The notes under the pieces: generated by a model
Told to the model about the DNA's origin: nothing
Databases searched by the model: none
What the model saw: the letters and a program-made list of their open reading frames with translations, nothing else
Program-made: the position numbers and the translations under genes
Origin: Octopus sinensis
Taxonomy: Eukaryota
Direction: 5' to 3'
Assembly: GCF_006345805.1 (NCBI RefSeq)
Contig: NW_021831724.1
Span: 1-34,308, forward strand
Length of the DNA: 34,308 nt
Shown: piece by piece, positions 10,985 to 23,168 of the stretch
Layout: each line of letters opens with the position of its first letter
How positions within the stretch are numbered: the first letter of the stretch is position 1

Positions 10985-11245
10985 TTTGATTTAGAGGATA
11001 CCGCCACAATACTGGAGGTGCATAAATTGCACCAACAAAATTGGACGGGCCATTGATTGGAACCCCTCGTTCAAATTGAACAAGAAGCCCTAACTTCTAT
11101 CTTTGGTTCTATAAACTTAGCAGACGGCTCGAGACTACACGTGGCCGTGGAGGGCAGGAGGCCGAGGTGCTACTTTTGTGAAAGTGATCAGCACCACAAG
11201 GTGGACTGCCCCAAATACAAAGACGGAAGCTACAAGCGACAGTAG
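10985..11245 (+). pseudogene. LINE ORF1 (gag-like) fragment with CCHC zinc knuckle
   Basis: VAVEGRRPRCYFCESDQHHKVDCPK is CX2CX4HX4C. It lies upstream of, and on the same strand as, the Tx1-type ORF2 start at 12004. Confidence 0.75.
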
Positions 11246-12003
11246 AAACGGTGGCACCTCCGGTGCAGCAGCAGCAGTAACAACACCAGCAGCAGAAATA
11301 AACCCCATCACCACCAGCAACAGCGACGCCACCTCCAACCGTCGCCAGGGCACCACCATCACCAACACCAACAACGAAAATAAATACCAGTCGGAGTACC
11401 ACTACCGCCAGTAGCAATAACACCACCACCAACTACTGTAGCAGTAGCGGCAGCAGCAAATGAACCGCAGCAAAAGCAAGAGCCAAAGGGGTGAGTGGCA
11501 AACAGTTCCCCCTAGAAAAGAAAAAGATAGTAGAAGAAAAGAGGGGGAGGTGCAAACAGGAGAAACTCCCCAACAGCAGCAACACGCACACACAGCCACC
11601 GACAACAGCACTATCATCAGCACTACAACCTCAAACTACAAAACACACTGCACAACACAAACAGACTGCACAAACACCACCAACCTCACAGCCATCAACA
11701 CCGACAATACACACCTTGTCGAATACATTAGAGAAAACACAGACACCAGAATGGAAGACTTTCTCTTCCCAACACACAATGCACCATCACCACACATACA
11801 AATTTCTGAAAGTAACACAGGACTCCTACAACACATTAAAAATTAATTTTCCAAATGCTGTTGGGTCATTCCAAAAAACATTCTCTAAGAGACTGTATGA
11901 AAATCTCGTGGAAACGCCCGCAAGAAAGACCAAGGGGTCACCCCTGCTAGACAACAGTGGTAAGTAGAGCTCTTCTCCATTCTAAATTTATTCTACCAAG
12001 GTG

Positions 12004-12585
12004 ATGCTCAGAATAGGTCATATAAATGTCAGGGGCCTCTGGTGGCCTTGGAAATAGAGTCACCTTTCAAATGACCTGAGGTTCCTTAGTGTAGATGTTG
12101 CAATCATTAGTGAATCCAGTCTATCCGACCCACGGGACCTCACCACCTTTTTCGGAGGATACGAGATTTTTCTATCTTCGTGTCGGTCGAAAAGGGACGG
12201 TGGTGGTTCTGTGGTGCTCTTCAAGAAGGGTGTATATTTGAAAATAAAGGCACTTTTCCTGGATCCAGAAGGTAAATTGGTGGTCCTGGATGTGAACAGC
12301 TGTGACGATGGTGCTTTCAGACAAGTCGCTGCCTATGCTTCAACAGGGGAAGGGCATCCTGATTACTTCAAGCGTTTCGAGATCTTCTTGGGAACGTCTC
12401 GAACTTTAGTATTAGTAGGAGATTGGAACGCTACCTTAAATGGAAATTTCGATTGCGTGGGAGTATCTGAGAGGAGAGGGGGTGAAAAAGCCTCAAACAC
12501 CTCTCACACGTTTTCAATGGTCTGACAAGTACCGGCTAGATTACCCAAATGGGCCAATGTGGACTTGGACAAACCGCATCGTCTA
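12004..12585 (+). pseudogene. Tx1/L1-type ORF2 AP-endonuclease, N-terminal part
   Basis: ATG at 12004: MLRIGHINVRGL...VDVAIISES...GGGSVVLFKKG...DPEGKLVVLDV...AAYA...LVGDWNA, then WTWTN after a frameshift. There is an in-frame TAG early in the frame. Confidence 0.88.
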
Positions 12586-12599
12586 GCAGGGGTGACCCC

Positions 12600-12710
12600 T
12601 TGGACTTTCCGGTTGAAAAGCTGCTTTGTACAGCTACATCTGCTCGGTTGTTCGTGTGAATGGTCACCTGTCTGAGCCATTCAGCATCTTGCGTTCCGTC
12701 CGTCAAGGGT

Positions 12711-12745
<35 letters not shown>

Positions 12746-13880
12746 TCTGTATGTACTGACTATTGAACCATTTACTGCGGAAGCTGGGGGCGTTGATAGG
12801 TGTCTCGCGTGATCTAGTATCTGAGAGAAATGTATCTGCTTACGCTGATGATGTCACCATCATAGTGTTGAGCCACAGGCATATAGACCTGACAGTCGAA
12901 ATACTACAGGAATATGAAGCGATAACAGGAGCAAAAATGAACCCGGAAAAGTCAGTGGGTTTGCAGCTCGGCACATGGAGAGGCAAGGCCATGCGGTCCA
13001 ACAGCGTCGTGCTGAGCTGGACAGATAGTCCCAACAAGTTGCTCGGTCCACACGTCCAAGTGGAGAAGAACTGGGAAGAAGTGACGAGAAGGGTAGCCAA
13101 ACTCACCCGGAAATAGACCAAGAGGAAGCTGTCCCTGAAAGATTGGGAGGAGGTGACGAACGCGTACATGGCACTCGTCATCTCCTACCGCTTCACTGTC
13201 GTCCCTTGTCACGTTTCCTGGTTGACCAAGCTTGTGCGCTTACTCTTCCGTTTTCTGTGGAAGATGCGCATTCCACTGGTCAGGCGCTCTATCTGCTGTC
13301 AATAGCTGCTGAGTGGAGGACTGGGCATGCCCTGGTTACTGATGCGCAGACGTGCGCTGAGGTTGCGGCATCTCCAGCCTTTCCTTGACGGTGAGCAGGT
13401 GTGATCACCGTTTGTAAGAGGCACTTTTCCACAGCTCGTCTTTTTGACTGAGCGGCAATCCTGGACTGGGTGTAGACCGAAGAAGGGCGCTTGGCACCTA
13501 GAGTGCCGTCAAGCAGTCACAGTCCTCCACCAGGCGGGCAATGTGGTCGGTGATACTTCCACTCTAAAGTTCTAAAGAGTGCTAGTGAAGGGAAAGTGCG
13601 ACGACGTCCTCAGGGAAACTTTGGGTGTCGATGAAGATCAACTAACCGATCTGTTTCGCAGCACTTTCGGGCCTGAGCCTATGGATAACTTCAAGAAATC
13701 CCTTGCCTGACAGTGCTACCGAGGAGCGCTGACTGTTTGGGATAAAATTTATAGGCACGGAAATGCCGTCAGCCGGGCCCACGTGAGGTGCGCCCAGAAA
13801 GGTGAAACTGTTCTGCACGCCCTAGTCCAGTGCCCGAGTATTGCTGACCGGTGGGTTTATGTCGAACACCTACTGCACAC
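12600..13880 (+). mobile_element. Tx1/L1-type LINE RT and C-terminal fragment, copy 2
   Basis: AALYSYICSVVRVNGHLSEPFSILRSVRQGC, SAYADDVTII and RCAQKGETVLHALVQC. It is joined to the endonuclease piece through a large internal deletion at ~12590. Confidence 0.88.
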
Positions 13881-13975
13881 ACATCTCCACTGTCAAAGCA
13901 TATCTGATCAACAAAAAGCAATAAAATCACACGGTCAGTATTTTGGGCATCCAGAATTGCTTCATACAGCTTTGC

Positions 13976-14611
13976 ACACATACTCACATATAAACATACA
14001 TACATACATACATACATAAATACATACAAACATACACACATACATAAACACATACATACATACGTACATACATTTATTCAAATACACATACCCACATACA
14101 TTCATACATACACGAATACATACATATACAGATACATGGACACATACATAGATACATGCTTGCATACATACATATATATATATATACACACACATACATA
14201 GATACAGTCATAGATTCATACAGACATAGATGAATGCATACATAGATGCAAGCATACCTCCATACATACAGGCATAGATACATACACAAATTCATACACA
14301 TATATATACACAGAAACACACATGCATACATACATATGTACATACATACATATATACACACACATGCATACATACATACGTACATACATACACACATACA
14401 TGCACAGGGGCATACATGCCAACAAATATATACACACGCACGTATAAAAATACATACATACATAGATATACATATATACATGTGTGTATGTATGTATTTT
14501 TTACGTACATATGTATGTGTACGTATGTATAAATGTATGCGTGTATCTATGCATGTGTGTATGTATATACAAACATTCATACATACCCACAAGCATACGC
14601 ACATACATACA
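13976..14611. repeat. Degenerate (CATA)n/(TATG)n microsatellite block
   Basis: Direct. Paralogous to 5226-5712. Confidence 0.93.
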
Positions 14612-14875
14612 TGGTGGCTGCCCCCTCGTTATCGAGTATGGCCATTGCGTAAAAGCTTAATCAATGTTGTTATCGTGCAATGCCTCTGCAAGACGTTTTT
14701 TTAAAGTAAGGAAAGGCTGATCACTGAGTCAATCCCACTCACTAAGCAACAGCAGCCATAATCCAAAAAGAAGAACAAGTGAACATCATCGGTAACCACT
14801 GAGCCGCAGGTTTTATGTCGGACTTATCCCAGTTACCTGAGTTACCTTCTCCTAGAAGGATGCCCTAACAAAGGC
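14612..14875 (-). mobile_element. 'D' short dispersed repeat, copy 2
   Basis: Near-identical to 5713-5972. Confidence 0.5.
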
Positions 14876-16587
14876 ACAACAAATACACACACAGACACAT
14901 ATATACACATACACATGCTTATATATATACATGCATACACACATACATACAAATATACATGCACACATACATACACACATACAACGTACACATATTCATA
15001 CATACATACATACATACATACATACACACATACATACACACATTCATACACATACTCATATATAGGTATATACATATACACATATATATAACAGGCATAC
15101 ATACACTAATATACACATACACAAACATATATACAAAAAAAGCACATACATACATGCATACCAACTTAAAAACATACACAAAAACATACACATATATATA
15201 CATGCATACATACACACATGCTTGCACACATACATACATATTCACGTACATATATGTGTGCATGTATTTGAGTGTTTGGATATCTATGTATGTGTGTATG
15301 TGTGCATGAATGCATGTATGTGAATATGTATGTATATGTGTATCTGCCTATGATTGTATTAGGTATGTATATGTGTAAATATGTGTTTAACACACATAGA
15401 CACACACAAACATTATACACACCTACATACATACATACCTCTATGCACACAAACATGCATGCACACATACATATATACATGAACACACATGGACACATAT
15501 ACATGCATATATAATTACATACATACACGCATACATACATATATACATGCACACATACATACACACATACATACATACACACATGTATAGTCACATACAT
15601 ACACACATACTTAGACACATATATACACACATATACACATACATTCATACACACATGCATACTGATATACACACACACATACTTACATACACCCACATTC
15701 GCACATACACACACATACATTCATACAGACATACAAATGCACATACCTAAATACATACATACACACATGCATACACACATATAAACATACATATACATAC
15801 ACATGTGTGTACATACACACATACATACTTCCATACTTAATCACATACGTACAAACACACATAGACACGCACATACACACAAACATACACGCATCCATAC
15901 ATATATACATACATATATACATACATATCCACATTCATATGTATGTATGTATGCGTTTATATATTTAAGTATGTATGTATGTATATATTTATGTATGTAT
16001 ATATGTATGTGTATATGTGTATATATGTATGTGTGTATGTATGTATGCATCTATGCGTACACATGTATGTAGACAAACAAACCTGTGAACTTACACACAT
16101 AACATACATGCACACACACATACACTCATGCACCCATATATACATACACATATACTTACATACACATGCAAATAAATACGCAAGTATGCATCTATACCTA
16201 TATACTGTACATACACGCATGGAATATGTACATATGCACACATACATACTTACATAACTACATACATCAGTACACGCACATACATGCATGCATACGTACG
16301 TACATACACGCGTAGAAAAACACATTCATATATACGAAGATACATGCATGCATGCGAGCATATATATATATATACATACACACATACATACATATATACA
16401 TGCATACATTACAAACCTACACACATACTTGTTGCATACAAACATATACATGCATGGATGTGTACATACGTACATACAGTACATACTTACACACATACCT
16501 ACACCCGTAAATCCATACATACATAGGTTCATACACACAAACATACAAGCATACTTAGACACCAACACACATACATATATACATGCA

Positions 16588-16643
<56 letters not shown>

Positions 16644-16650
16644 TACGTAA
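14876..16650. repeat. Long degenerate (CATA/CA)n block with (TATG)n inversions and a terminal (TA)n
   Basis: Direct. Confidence 0.95.
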
Positions 16651-16660
16651 AATCTTACAT

Positions 16661-17558
16661 GTTTATACAGTCACATATTTATGTTCTTTTCAATTGTTTC
16701 AGTCATTGAATTGCGTTTTCCAAAACTTTATCTCTTAATTCACTCCAGACACACACCTAGAGCGAGCTGTTTGAGAATCTATACGACTTCCGCTAATTTA
16801 AGCACTCAAAAACTAAAGTATTTTTGATTGCTCTGTCCTTGATTAGTAATCTCCCATCTATATACAGCTGCAGAACAGTTTCCCTTTGTTCTCTTTTTAC
16901 ATCCTTCTTTCCGTTTTGACACTAAATCCTCATTTTCCAAACAATTGCAGTGGCCTCATCGAACTTAAGAACCCCAAGTTACTAATGTTCAAATTTCATT
17001 TATATATACATATTCAACTTGTAACTTGTGAATTAATTTGTATATCTAAATAAAGAAACTCTTACGAGCTTTAATAGGGTATACAGCTTTACAGCGTAAC
17101 ATCAATATGTTAATTTTAGATTAAAAAGAAATCTTAATTATCATAATTTAGAGTACCATTTTAGATTAAAAAGAAATCTTAATTATCATAATTTAGAGTA
17201 CCATTTAAGGACAACAGGTAACATTTCATATTTTGTTGTTTTTTGGCTTTTAAAATTCATTCTGAGATCCCTAAAAAACAATAAAATCACAGAGTCAGTA
17301 TTTTGGGAACCCAAAATTACTTAATACAGCTTTGCATCTGCGAAACATACAAATGTTCAGATCATTTATCACTGTTGCGGAGATGTTTTCCCACTTTCGG
17401 CTAAAATTGTTTATAAAAAATTCTCCTTATTCTTTGTCTTAATACTTTTCACAGCTCTACCCAACCATTCTCAAGGAGTTTCGATGGTTTTCAGCTCGGG
17501 CGACGACGTAAGTCACTATATCAACCGAAATCTGTTAGGTATAATGTAATTTCTGACT
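16661..17558. repeat. 'C' AT-rich duplicated segment, copy I
   Basis: Collinear with 19049-19907 and with 23673-23743 plus 26206-27003. No coding signature seen. Confidence 0.92.
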
Positions 17559-17565
17559 TGGTACG

Positions 17566-17832
17566 AGGTGACATTCGATCCCTTCACCCCAATATTTGTT
17601 TTGTCTCTTCTTGCATCATCACCCCATTTTCTTTACCTTATATGGTTAATAAAGAAATTGACAGTTCAGGAGTACATGCGTCATTTCACGAGTCTTATTT
17701 TTCATCCAGCAGAGTGTCCAACAACACCCTCGTAACCAAGCAAGCCTGGTTGGGTTGCCGATTTAGTCGCCGACGACCCGACCATGATACGGGCTGTACT
17801 AGGTTACATGTTCCCAGTAGAACTCAAGAGCG

Positions 17833-17865
<33 letters not shown>

Positions 17866-18071
17866 CATACATGCATGCATGGTGGTTGTCTACTACTTAT
17901 ACAGAGTTTGACCACCTCCTTACCGACACCTTAGCACCATTATGGTGCTTGATGTGGCTTTTTAAAGGAATGAATATTCTGAAAAGTCACCCACATATAC
18001 TGCACCTCCAATGTGGCCCACGAAGAGCTGAAGAAAAAATTTTGCTGTTTGTAGGTCTTAAAATGTTGCTT
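17566..18071 (-). mobile_element. AB element pieces in permuted order: B (17566-17834), (ATAC)n, then truncated A (17880-18071)
   Basis: B matches ~437-706 and A matches ~208-395. The same layout recurs at 19915-20411. Confidence 0.8.
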
Positions 18072-18480
18072 GTTCCACCTTCGTATGAGAGCACGTATCC
18101 CAGCCCCGTGAAATTCTGTTGACTGTTCTTTGAGCCATTTCTTCACTACATCCACACACATCAGATTTAGCACCTCAAACCATAATCTCTTCGGCGCAAC
18201 GAAAGAGGATTTGAGAGGCAAACATTATAGCAGTGACGAGGAAGTAAGAACTGTGGTGAAGAAGTGGCTCAAAGAAAATTCAACAGAATTTTATAAGGCA
18301 AGAATACATGCTCTCCTCCGAAGAAGGAACATTCCTTTTGAGAGAAATGGTAACTATATTAAAGAGTAGGGATGTGATCCACTGGGGCCAAGATTCATTT
18401 TGATGTATGATACATGTTCCTGTGTTGGTAATTCTACCTTTCCTAAACAAAATGGTATTACTTTTTGACTACCCCTCGCA
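18071..18480 (+). mobile_element. M module (mariner 3' fragment with right TIR), left arm truncated
   Basis: NHNLFGATKEDLRGKHYSSDEEVRTVVKKWLKE...ERNGNYIKE*. Ends TTACTTTTTGACTACCCCTCG, a mariner-type TIR. Confidence 0.9.
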
Positions 18481-19048
18481 CATACATAAATAAGTACGTA
18501 CACACATACACACATACATACAAATATACATACACTCATACATACAAACATACATATCAACATACATACATACGTACATACACACATACACATATACATA
18601 CATACATGCATACAAACACACATACATACACAAATAGATGTATATACACACGCTTACATACATACACAAATACATACATGCACACAAACGTATATACACA
18701 CATACATACACACATGAATACATAAATATCTTCATACACACATCCACCCATTCGTGCATACACACATACATACATACATGCATACATACACATCTACATA
18801 CATGGTGGTTGAATACACACATATATACCTGCATGCATACACACATACATTTATGCATGCATACATATATATATTTATATGCATACATACATGCACACAC
18901 AATCAAATACATATATGCATACATGCATACGGGCACACATAAATTCACACATACATACATGCATACACACACACATACATACATACATACACACATTCAT
19001 ACACACATACATACTCACATACGTATATACATACATTCACACATATAC
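18481..19048. repeat. Degenerate (CATA/CA)n block
   Basis: Direct. Collinear with 22744-23672 once the palindrome insertion there is removed. Confidence 0.93.
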
Positions 19049-19907
19049 GTTTATACAGTCACATATTTATGTTCTTTTCACTTTTTTGAGTCATTGAATT
19101 GCGTTTTCCAAAACTTAATCTCCTAATTCCCTCCGAACACACCTAGAGCGGGCTCTTTGGGAATCTATACGCCTTCCTCTAATTAAACCACTCCACAACT
19201 AAAGTGTTCTTCGTTGATCAGTTCTTGTTTAGTAATCTCTCATCTATATACAGCTGCAGAACAGTTTCCCATTGTTCTCTCTTTACATCCTTTTTCCCTT
19301 TTTGACACTAAATCCACATTTTCCAAACAATTGCAGTGGTGTCATCGAACTTAAGAACCCTAAGTTACTAATGTTCAAATTTCATTTATATATATATATA
19401 TATATTCAACTTGTAACTTGTGAATTAATTTGTATATCTAAATAAAGAAACTCTTACGAGCTTTAATAGGGTATACAGCTTTACAGCGTAACATCAATAT
19501 GTTAATTTTAGATTAAAAAGAAATCTTAATTATCATAAATTAGAGTACCATTTAACTTAAGGACAACGTGTAACATTTCATATTTTGTTGTTTTTTGCTT
19601 TTAAAATTCATTCTGAGATCCCTAAAAGCAATAGAATCACAGAGTCAGTATTTTGGGACCCCAAAATTACTTAATACAGCTTTGCATCTGCGAAATATAC
19701 AAATGTTCAGATCATTTATCACAGTTGCGGAGATGTTTTCCCACTTTCGGCTAATAATGTTTTTAAAAAATTCTCCTTATTCTTTGTCTTAATACTTTTC
19801 ACAGCTCTACCCAACATTCTCAAGGATTTTCGATGGTGTTTTTCAGCTCGGGCGACGGCGTAAGTCACTATATCAACCGAAATCTGTAGGTATAATGTAA
19901 TCTGACT
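19049..19907. repeat. 'C' segment, copy II (chimeric)
   Basis: The 5' part matches copy III variants and the 3' part matches copy I variants. Confidence 0.9.
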
Positions 19908-19914
19908 TGGTATG

Positions 19915-20173
19915 AGGTGACATTCGTCCCTCACCCCAATATTTGTTTTGTCTCTCCTTGCATCATCACCCAATTTTCTTTACCTTATATGGTTAATAAA
20001 GAAATTGACAGTTCAGGAGTACATGCGTCATTTCACGAGTCTTATTTTTCATCCAGCAGAGTGTCCAACACACCCTCGTAACCAAGCAAGCCTGGTTGGG
20101 TTGCCGATTTAGTCGCCGACGACCCGACCATGATACGGGTATAGGTACATGTTCCCAGTAGAACTCAAGAGCG

Positions 20174-20206
<33 letters not shown>

Positions 20207-20411
20207 CATACATACATGCATGGTGGTTGTCTTACTACTTATACAGAGTTGACCACCTCCTTACCGACACCTTAGCACCATTATGGTGCTTGATGTGGCT
20301 TTTTTTAAGGAATGAATATTCTGAAAGTCACCCAAATATACTGCACCTCCAATTTGGCCACGAAGAGCTGAAGAAAAAATTTTGCTGTTTGTAGGTCTTA
20401 AAATGTTGCTT
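19915..20411 (-). mobile_element. AB element pieces B (19915-20175) and truncated A (20221-20411)
   Basis: Near-identical to 17566-18071. Confidence 0.8.
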
Positions 20412-20619
20412 GTTCCACCTTCGTATGAGAGCACGTATCCCAGCCCCGTGAAATTCTGTTGACTGTTCTTTGAGCCATTTCTTCACTACATCCACACACA
20501 TCAGATTTAGCACCTCAGACCATAATCTCTTCGGCGCAACGAAAGAGGATTTGAGAGGCAAACATTATACCAGTGACGAGGAAGTAAGAACAGTGGTGAA
20601 GAAGTGGTTCAAAGAACAT
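20411..20619 (+). mobile_element. M module, truncated at both ends
   Basis: DHNLFGATKEDLRGKHYTSDEEVRTVVKKWFKEH, then an abrupt switch to Tc1 sequence. Confidence 0.88.
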
Positions 20620-20842
20620 ACACCCTTACATCATCACCCTTACATCATCACACTTCCTCCAGAGTGCCTAATTGAAGTTTGAACGCATTTTGCATGGAAT
20701 TCTTCGCCTATACGCCTTCTTACATACTTCCTGCCATCACTACCGAACAAGATCGACTTTGATTCGTCCGACCACAACACATTCGTCCAATCTGCTGGAC
20801 TCCATTTCAAATGATCTTTAACGGGCAAATCGATCTTTCAAA
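20620..20842 (-). mobile_element. Tc1-type DDE transposase fragment
   Basis: KDHLKWSPADWTNVLWSDESKSILFGSDGRKYVRRRIGEEFHAKCVQTSIRHSGGSVMM matches the Tc1 first-Asp region (WSDESK, FGSDG, YVRR, HGGGSVM). Confidence 0.9.
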
Positions 20843-21257
20843 TACACATATACACACGTACGTGCATAGAGACATGCATAGAGGCATACTTACATACATA
20901 TATAAAAATATACATCCACACATACATACATGTGAGTGTGTATGTACGTGTGAATGTGCTTATGTATGTTTATATTTGTATACGTATATATGCGTATACG
21001 TATATAGATATCTGTGTACGTATACATATATATATGTATGTGTGTATGTATGTTTTATGTACATGTATATGTACGTATGTACCTATGTATGTGTGTATGT
21101 ACATAAATTCATACATACATACATACATTCTTACATGCATAAATGCATACACACATTTACATATAAATTCACTTACGCATACATGCATAAATATATATTT
21201 ACATACATACATACATATATATATACATAAATACATACTTACATACATACTCACATA
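20843..21257. repeat. Degenerate (CATA)n/(TATG)n block
   Basis: Direct. Confidence 0.9.
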
Positions 21258-21630
21258 GGCGCAGGAGTGGCTGTGTGGTTCCGGGTTCAGTCCCACTGCG
21301 TGGCATCTTGGGCAAATGTCTTCTGCTATAGCCTCGGGCCGACGAAAGTTTTGTGAGTGGATTTGGTAGACGGAAACTGATAAGAAGCCCGTCGTATATA
21401 TGTACATATGTATATGTGTGTGTGTGTTTGTGTGTCTGTGTTTGTCCCCCTTGACAACCGATGCTGGTGTGTTTGTGTCCCCGATACTTAGCGTTTCGGC
21501 AAAAGAGACCGATAGAATAAGTACTGGACTTACATAAAGAATAAGTCTCGGGGTCGAGTTGCTCGATTAAAGGCGGTGCTCCAGCATGGCCGCAGTCAAA
21601 TGACTGAAACAAGTAAAATAGTAAAATAGT
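21258..21630 (+). mobile_element. tRNA-derived SINE, near full length, with internal (TA/TG)n
   Basis: GGCGCAGGAGTGGCTGTGTGG (A-box-like), GGTTCAGTCCC (B-box-like), a core CTTGGGCAAATGTCTTCT...GGTAGACGGAAACTGA, and a 3' GCTCCAGCATGGCCGCAGTC...TGAAACAAGTAAAA tail. Recognised as a family common in Octopus. Confidence 0.9.
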
Positions 21631-21688
21631 AATACAAACATACATACATACATACATACATACATACATACATAAATACATACATACA

Positions 21689-22186
21689 TGGTGGTTGTCT
21701 ACTCCTAATACAGAGTTTGACCACCTCCTTACCGACACCTTAGTACCATCATGGTGCCTGATGTGACTTTTCAAAAGAAAGAATATTCTGAAAAACACCC
21801 ACATAGATTGATCCTCGAACTTGGGCCACGAAGAGCTGAAGATAAATTCTGCTGTTTGTAAGTCTTAAAATATCGCTTTAGGCCTACGTTGGATTTGCAA
21901 ACTTCATAAGTTCGTCAGGGGATCATTCGATACTTTGACCCCAATATTTGTTTTGTCTCTCTTTGCATCATCACCCCATTTTCTTAACCTTATATGGTTA
22001 ATAAAGAAATTGACAGTTCAGGAGTACATGCGCCATTTCACGAGTCTTATTTTTCCTCCAGCAGATTGTCCAACAACAACCTCGTAACCAAACAAGCCTG
22101 GTTGGGTTGCCGGTTTAGTCGCCGACGACCCGATCATGGAACATGTTGTACTGGGTTACATGTTCCCAGTAGCACTCAAGAGCGAC
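21689..22186 (-). mobile_element. AB element, complete copy 2
   Basis: Collinear with 208-706 and flanked by the same microsatellites. Confidence 0.6.
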
Positions 22187-22200
22187 ATACATACATACAT

Positions 22201-22231
<31 letters not shown>

Positions 22232-22232
22232 T

Positions 22233-22743
22233 GATGGCCGTCCATGAACAAGTATCATACACCAAAATGAAGCTGGTCCTCAGTGGATCACATCCCTACT
22301 CCACAACATAGTTGCCGTTTCTCTCAAAAGCAATGTTCCACCTTCGAATGACTGCATGTATCCCCGCCCCGTGAATTTCGGTTGACTGTTCTTTCAGCCA
22401 TTTCTTCACTACTTCCACACTCACCAGATTTAGCACCTCATACTATAATCCCTTCGGCGCAACAAAAGAGGGTTTGAGAGGCAAACATTATACCAGTGAC
22501 GAGGAAGTAAGAACTGTGGTGAAGAAGTGGCTCAAAGAACATTCAACAGAATTTTATAAGGCAAGAATACATGCTCTCCTCCGAAGAAGGAACATTGCTT
22601 TTAAGAGAAATGGTAACTATATTAAAGAGTAGGGATGTGATCCACTGGGGCCAAGATTCATTTTGATGTATGATACATGTTCCTGTGTTGGTAATTCTAC
22701 CTTTCCTAAACAAAATGGTATTACTTTTTGACTACCCCTCGCA
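22233..22743 (+). mobile_element. M module, complete copy (inverted mariner arm plus mariner 3' end and TIR)
   Basis: Collinear with 742-1254. CCACACTCACCAGATTTAGCACCT encodes PHSPDLAP. TIR TTACTTTTTGACTACCCCTCG. Confidence 0.9.
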
Positions 22744-23027
22744 CATACATAAATAAGTACGTACACACATACCCACATACATACATATATACAAACAAAC
22801 ATATATACACACATATATATACACATGCATACATACGTACATACACACATACATACACACATAAATACATAAATATCTTCATACGCACATTCACCCATAC
22901 GTGCATACACACATACATACATGCATACATATATCCATGCAAACAAACACACCTATACACACATACTGGTTGAATACACATATATATATACCTGCATACA
23001 TACATACGTACATTCTTGCATGCATAC

Positions 23028-23111
<84 letters not shown>

Positions 23112-23168
23112 ATAGAAATATTAAAATTACTAAGTCTCCCTAAAAGAGAACCGCGGCAGCGTTCCCGG

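Noticed and set aside
11109-11967. Overlapping ORFs of 60-160 aa on both strands
   Set aside because: Low-complexity A/C-rich (CAA/CAC/CAG) linker of the Tx1-like element; no domain signal.
21258-21330. tRNA gene
   Set aside because: The A/B boxes belong to a SINE head. No cloverleaf can be formed, and the sequence continues into the SINE core and tail.
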